Of a stretch of DNA of 64,000 bases, positions 58,616 to 64,000 are shown one piece after another. Position numbers and translations under genes: made by a program. The DNA comes from Protoeuglena noctilucae (lineage: Eukaryota). Under the pieces are notes generated by a model. The model was not told the origin of the DNA, made no database searches, and worked only from the letters and a program-made list of their open reading frames with translations. How positions within the stretch are numbered: position 1 is the first letter of the stretch; each line of letters begins with the position of its first letter. Location of the stretch: the NCBI GenBank assembly GCA_958009085.1, contig OY253671.1:310001-374000 (forward strand), in the 5' to 3' direction.

Positions 58616-61600
58616 ATGGTGGACGTGAAGGCGATCATGGGTGCGTGGGGGGTGCGGCCTGTCGGCCTCGGGGGCGCGTTGTTAGCTGTCACGCAGCCTG
58701 GGCGTCCCTCTGCGCGCTCCCGAGGGCGCAGCGATGACCACGATGCATAAAGGATCGGGTGGGATCGAGCAGAGGGCGGGGATCCCCGCAGACGGCCCGC
58801 ACTCGCCTCCGCCTCGCAGCCATCAACAACGACCCGACCCTCACCGAGGAGGAGAAGGCGAAGAGGCGTCAGGCGCTCATGATGGGCACCTGGGCTGACA
58901 AGCTCGGCGACGTCAGCTCGGACGGTGAGCCGCGCCCCGGGAATTGCGCTCCCGCCAACAGCACGCTGCGCGCGCCCTTGGTGCCGGCGTGGCTCCCGGG
59001 GGCGTCCTGCAGCCCTCCGAAATATCGCTCGCTGTCATTTATCGCACATATGCTTCGGATGCCTATCCGCGGAGCTCGCCGCCCCTCTTACGCGGGCCCA
59101 CGGCTGCTGCAGAGGACGAGGAGGCTGCGGGCGAAGAGGAGGCGAAGATTGACGAGACGCTCACGTGCCCTTTCTGCCACCATCTGTGCGAGAGGCCCGT
59201 CTCTGCGGACTGCGGGCACAACTACTGCCTGAAGGTGCGGGAGGGACAGGCGATTTGAACTCCTGCACCTCATGCGGAGCCCAGCGCGCAGCTGGCGTCG
59301 TTGCAAGCGCGCGGATAGTGCTTGCAATCGACGACATCATCCCCGCGCTGCAGTGCTTCAACAAGTGGGTCCGGGCCGACCGCAAGTCGTGCCCCACCTG
59401 CCGGCAGCCCTTCCCGCACAGCATGCTGCACAACCCGCGCATCAACACGGCACTGGTCATGGGTGAGTGCAGGGCGCATGGCTCGCCGCTTGCCGCTCGA
59501 TGTTTGTCACGGACAACGGCTGACCCCTGCTTCGCCCTCGCCCTTCGCCCTCAGCCATCCGCATGGCCCGGGAGGGCAAGCCGGCCAGGGCAGGAGCGTC
59601 CCGCAACTACGTCCGCATCGGGAACGCCGACCGGCCCGAGACCGCCTTCACCACGGAGCGCGCGCAGGTACGCACAGCGCGACTGGGGCCAATGGCCCCC
59701 TGCTTGGCATCTGAGCCGAGGGCAGCCACCGACCGGGCACTTGCTCTCGGTTGCCGCAGCGCACGGGTCTGGCGAACGCGGCGTCCGGGAAGATCCTCGT
59801 GTCTGTTCCAAACGACTGGTTCGGGCCCATCGGCGCGGAGCACGACCCCACGGGCAGCGGCGGGTGCTACAACGGCCGCGAGTTCACCGACCGCCTCAAC
59901 TGGTGAGGACCGAGAGGATCGAGACGCAGGGCCGGTCGAACGCCCCCCGCGGCCGTCGCTGACGCGCCCTCTCGCGCCGCACTCGCAGCCGCCAGTGGGG
60001 GGCGCACTTCCCGCACGTGGCCGGCATCTCCGGGCAGGCGTCCACGGGCGCGCAGAGCGTGGTCATTTCGGGCGGCTACGAGGACGACGTCGACCAGGGC
60101 TACTGGTTCCTCTACACGGGGTCGGGCGGGCGCGACTTGTCGGGCAACAAGCGCACGAACAAGGTGCAGAGCAAGGACCAGGAGTTCACGCACTACAACG
60201 AGGCCCTGCGGAAGTCGTGCGAGGAGGGGCTGCCCATCCGGTGACGGCACACGCGCCGGCGCGCCGCGACTGCGCCCGCTGGCATGTGTGCACTTGCGCT
60301 CATGCTGGGTCGGCCGGCGCCTGCAGGGTGGTGCGGTCTTGCAAGGAGAAGCGCTCTGCGTTCGCGCCCCTGCCCCAAAAGATCAAGCAGAAGAACGAGA
60401 AGGGGCAGGAGACGGAGGTGGTCAACACCCTGTGCTGCCGGTACGATGGCATCTACCGCATCTTCAAGGCCTGGAGGCGGCCCACCAACGCCAAGGTGAG
60501 GAGAACGCGGGGTTTGCCGCGTCACATGCGCTCTGTGACCTGGCTCGGGGCATAAAGGGTGCCCTCTGCTCTGCTGTCATTTGCACGGCAACGTGGGGCG
60601 GGACATGCTGTGCGTTGCTCTTGCTGCCCGTAGACGTTCGAGGGGGACAAGCCGCCCCTGGTGTGCCGCTACCTCTTCATCCGCTGCGACAACGAGCAGG
60701 GCGTTTGGGACGGCGTCCAGGACCCAGACCCGGCCGTGCCTCCCGCGGATGTGCAGAAGGAGGTGAGCAGTGATGACGACGACACATGCGGCGCTGCTGC
60801 GGTGCGCACTCACGTTGGGCCTAGCTAGGACGTCTCACGACCTTGTGCATGCGCCACGAGCCGCTCTACGTGTGCCGTGCACTGCGGTCGTCTCTGCTCG
60901 CGTCGCTGAGGCGAGCCTCACGCTGGTTCCGCTATCGATCTGTGACAGATCGACAAGGCGATGGAGGAGGAGTTGAGGAGCGTCTTCAAGGGGAAGGTCT
61001 ACGAGCCCAAGGGGGAGCCCTACTGGGGCTGGATCGAGGACACCAGCAGTGAGCACAAGGGGCGCTGGGGCTGGCTGCGCCCCGCCCCTGCGTCCAAGAT
61101 CAAGCCCCCGACGGGCACGGGCAAGGTGAGGGGTCGTTGTATTACGACAGCTAGTGGTGGGTGGGGGGCAGGTGGGGCGTGGGGGAGTCGCTGAGATGCG
61201 CTCAGCCTGCAGCGACCGCGCTTGCCTCTGTCGGTCCGCAGAAGCGCGCCCCTATGACCCAGAAGCGGCGCCTGGAGCGGGAGTTTGCGTGCGGGCTGTG
61301 CCGCAAGGTCTTGCAGGCGCCCTACCACACCCCGTGCGACCACAACTTCTGCAAGCAGTGCCTGGATGGCCACTTCGCGGCGATCGACGCGCAGACCGCC
61401 AACTCCAGCGCCGCCGCCCCGGTGCGCATCGCCGCTGGGAGCCACGCCATGCTATGGCTCGCTCGTGCGCTTTGCGACTGATTTCAGGCTGTGCTGACAT
61501 GGCTCTCGGTCGTTCCACGTGATCCCCTCGTGCCGCTCTGATGGCTTGGCAGCTGCTTTGACGCGACCCCGCCTCTCGCTTGGGCGCAGGCTGGGGGCCG

Positions 61601-62694
61601 GTCGCTGCGCGCCCGCAAGGCCCACCGGCCCTGCCCCTCGTGCAAGGCCGACCTGTCGGACTGGCACCGGACGGCGCAGATCAACAAGCAGATGGAGGAG
61701 ACGATCCAGAAGCTCATGAAGGCGAGAAGGGGTTGAGATGCGGTATGCGATGTCCTCACTTACGCACGTGCATTCCCCGGCACTCTTCCTGTGCCGCTGC
61801 GTGGACTCGGCATCGCCCATTTGCAAGCCTCTTTGGACAATCGCACAGATGCACGCAAGGCCCCTCAGACCATGCTTGCCTGACCATGATTTGGACCACC
61901 ATGCTTAAGATCGCCTGCGTGTCACATGGTTTGCCTTTGCTGGTCTGCAGCTGGCTGAGAAGGAGGAGCAGGAGGCCAAGGAGGGCACAGAGGGCGACAA
62001 CGCGGGGGAGGCTGAGGCTGAGGGCGCGGCGGGGGCGGAGGGCGGCGAGGGCGACGACAACGGTGACGGGGCGGCTGACGGGGCGGGTGACGCAGCCGCG
62101 GCGGGGCCGTCAGGGCTGGTGCCGGACGCACGCGGGGGCTCGAGCGAGCGTGGGACGGAGACGACGGCCGAGGCTGAGACGGCGCGCGTGGCGGCGGTGC
62201 GGGATGACCCCCAGGCGAGCAGCGCATCTGTCGACAGGCGCTGGGCACGGTGGGCCGGTAGCGGTGGGGCCCTCTGCGGGTCGGCGGTCGCTGATTTCGG
62301 ACCCACGCACGCGCCGTGGCTGCAGGGCGCCGAGGTGGACCGCATCGTGGCTGAGCTGGCGTCGGAGTTCCCGTCGTTCGAGGCGGGGTTCGTCGAGGCC
62401 TTCTTCAGGGACCAGGTGGCGACGCGCAACGCCGACGAGACGCTGGAGGACCTGAGGGCCGGGGTGCGCAAGTCGCTGCGGCGCATCGAGCAGAACGAGC
62501 GGAGGGCGAAAGTGCAACAGGAGAAGGGGGCGGCAGGGGCGGCGTCGCCAGCGGCGGGCAAGAAGCGTGAGCGGGGTGCCGCGGCTGAGGCCTCGCCCTC
62601 GCCCTCCCAGACCAAGCGCAGCCGGGGGGCTGACGCGCCCGCCGAGGTCGGCGCAGCGGCGCCGCGCCGCAGTGGCCGCAACGCCGCGGCATGA
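58616..62694 (+). CDS. ORTHRUS/VIM (UHRF1-like) E3 ubiquitin ligase: RING-SRA-RING
   Basis: [25 protein letters not shown]1 [24 protein letters not shown]...[94 protein letters not shown]2 [26 protein letters not shown]...CPSCKADL. Confidence 0.93.
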
Positions 62695-62842
62695 GAAAGG
62701 CTGGGGCGTCTGAGCACGCGTCTTGCGTTGGGCTTTTGAGGGGCCTGTATGTGCCGATGGCGAGGCAGTAGAGCTGGATCGCGCCTGCGTCATGGCCCTG
62801 TGTGTGCTGCTAACTCATGCATCAAGCCCGTGCTCCCTTGAA

Positions 62843-63569
62843 TTATTTCGAGCGCCAGAGTTGGAATGCCATAGATGCGGCGCCGAGGAGGTTGAGCGCT
62901 GCCAGGGCCGTCAGTCCCCAGACCGGGCCGGGGATGCCGCCCGACGATGCGATGGCGACGAAGGCCAGGGAGAGATACGCTCGGCCCCACACCGTCGCCC
63001 AGTACATGGACCGAAGGCCGGACCCCGTCACCTGAGGGCATGAAGTTGGGAGGCTAACAGCTGCACGACGGATGGGCTCTTCGCGATGCCAATGGGCCCT
63101 GGGTGGTTCAACAGACCTCTCCGTGCGCCGCGCCCAGGTAGTACGCTCCGAACAGACTTGCGAGAACGCCACCGACGCGTATCCAGCCGACAGACGCTCC
63201 GGACAGGTCAAATACAGCTTCTGTCTACGAAAAAGTGTCGACTTCGTGGGGTAGGGCCGTTCTGGGGGCCCGACCGGCGGATCGAACTCTTGACATGCAC
63301 AGCCGCTCACCGAAAGTGAATCGTGGCGCGACCGTCAGCAAGCAGCCAGCGATCGAAATGTAGCCCCCCGTCCACGCGGCCAGGCGCGCAGTCGGCGTCC
63401 AGCTTCCCCCCGGTCTCTGGGCGCTGACGTGAAGGCGGAGACCAACTCGCGGGCCGCGCTCTCGCACGCCCGCGTCGGAGCCGGCTCGCAGCACGTTTAA
63501 GACGCGCTCACGGCCCCGCCTGCCCATCCGGCATTGTGCCGAGTGCTTCAGACATGTCAAGGATTGCAT
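62843..63569 (-). CDS. Small hypothetical 4-TM membrane protein, possibly organelle-targeted
   Basis: Three phase-consistent exons: Arg-rich N-terminus, then AWTGGYISIAGCLLTVAPRFTF|EAVFDLSGASVGWIRVGGVLASLFGAYYLGAAHGE|VTGSGLRSMYWATVWGRAYLSLAFVAIA...LAALNLLGAASMAFQLWRSK*. Confidence 0.6.
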
Positions 63570-63741
63570 GTCGTGAGCTTGAAGCCTCTAGGGAGATGCG
63601 GGGCCCATTCTGCGATGCCGGTGTGTTTGAGCAATGCAATCTAGCGGCAAGCTCATTCACGGGGCAAGCGCGCGTGTACACAGGCGAGCCTTGCAGCGGG
63701 CAAGCTGGGAAAACATCACGTCGGCGGAGTCAGCCCCGGCG

Positions 63742-64000
63742 TCAGTTCGCCTTATCCGCGAGCGGCTGCCTCTGCGCGGCCTCGGTTTTGGCGAAGGGGA
63801 CCTTGACGAGGGGAGAGTCGGGGACATGGTCCGTCGGCGAGAGGCTGCGGGGGCACGAGCGAAGCGCACCTGTCGTGAGGCACGCTCGGTCGGCAACAGG
63901 CCCCCATGCGACCAGCGACAGACGCTGGCTCGCTGCCAGCGTGGACTGCGCGGGACGCCCTGCCATGCTCAGAGAGGGCGAGCGCTGGGCCTCACCTGAA
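63742..64000 (-). CDS. Possible last exon of a gene entering from beyond the right edge
   Basis: Donor-like CAG|GTGAGG at about 63995 and acceptor ccccgcag near 63844, followed by LSPTDHVPDSPLVKVPFAKTEAAQRQPLADKAN*. No recognisable domain. Confidence 0.3.
   Translation of the reverse strand, partial: SGEAQRSPSLSMAGRPAQSTLAASQRLSLVAWGPVADRACLTTGALRSCPRSLSPTDHVPDSPLVKVPFAKTEAAQRQPLADKAN

Noticed and set aside
60765..60915. Intronic C/D box snoRNA in VIM (GTGATGA ... CTGA)
   Set aside because: The C-box-like motif abuts the splice donor, there is no terminal stem and I cannot identify an rRNA guide.

Overview
Gene-dense, GC-rich, intron-rich eukaryotic nuclear DNA. Plant-type gene families and TGTAA motifs in 3' UTRs suggest a chlorophyte green alga (inference). 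By hand I can build about 20 spliced gene models. In order: ArfGAP (partial), F-box/beta-helix protein, RfnT-like MFS transporter, PP2A catalytic subunit, eIF4A-III, a large ankyrin-repeat protein, LAMMER/CLK kinase, NAC-alpha, SHIPPO/ODF3-like protein, an orphan, bZIP, TRAPPC5, DNA polymerase zeta REV3 (13.5 kb), a potato-I protease inhibitor, a membrane class III cyclase, PP2C, Sec62, VIM/UHRF-like ligase, a small membrane protein, and a possible gene end at the right edge. I saw no rRNA, tRNA, CRISPR array or transposon, and no convincing new multi-gene system. The notable signals are: (1) a very high rate of GC-AG introns, about 19 candidates among roughly 100 hand-modelled introns, all AG|GCRMG; (2) two tandem duplications spanning 3' splice sites, one perfect with an intact decoy acceptor in PP2A and one diverged with the decoy AG lost; (3) a class III cyclase lacking the catalytic Asn/Arg; (4) odd domain architectures (PP2C with an RG tail, PHD-less VIM with a CUE-like tail, ankyrin protein with a C-terminal F-box-like motif); (5) seven tight head-to-head gene pairs. 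All exon boundaries were read by eye and need RNA-seq confirmation.
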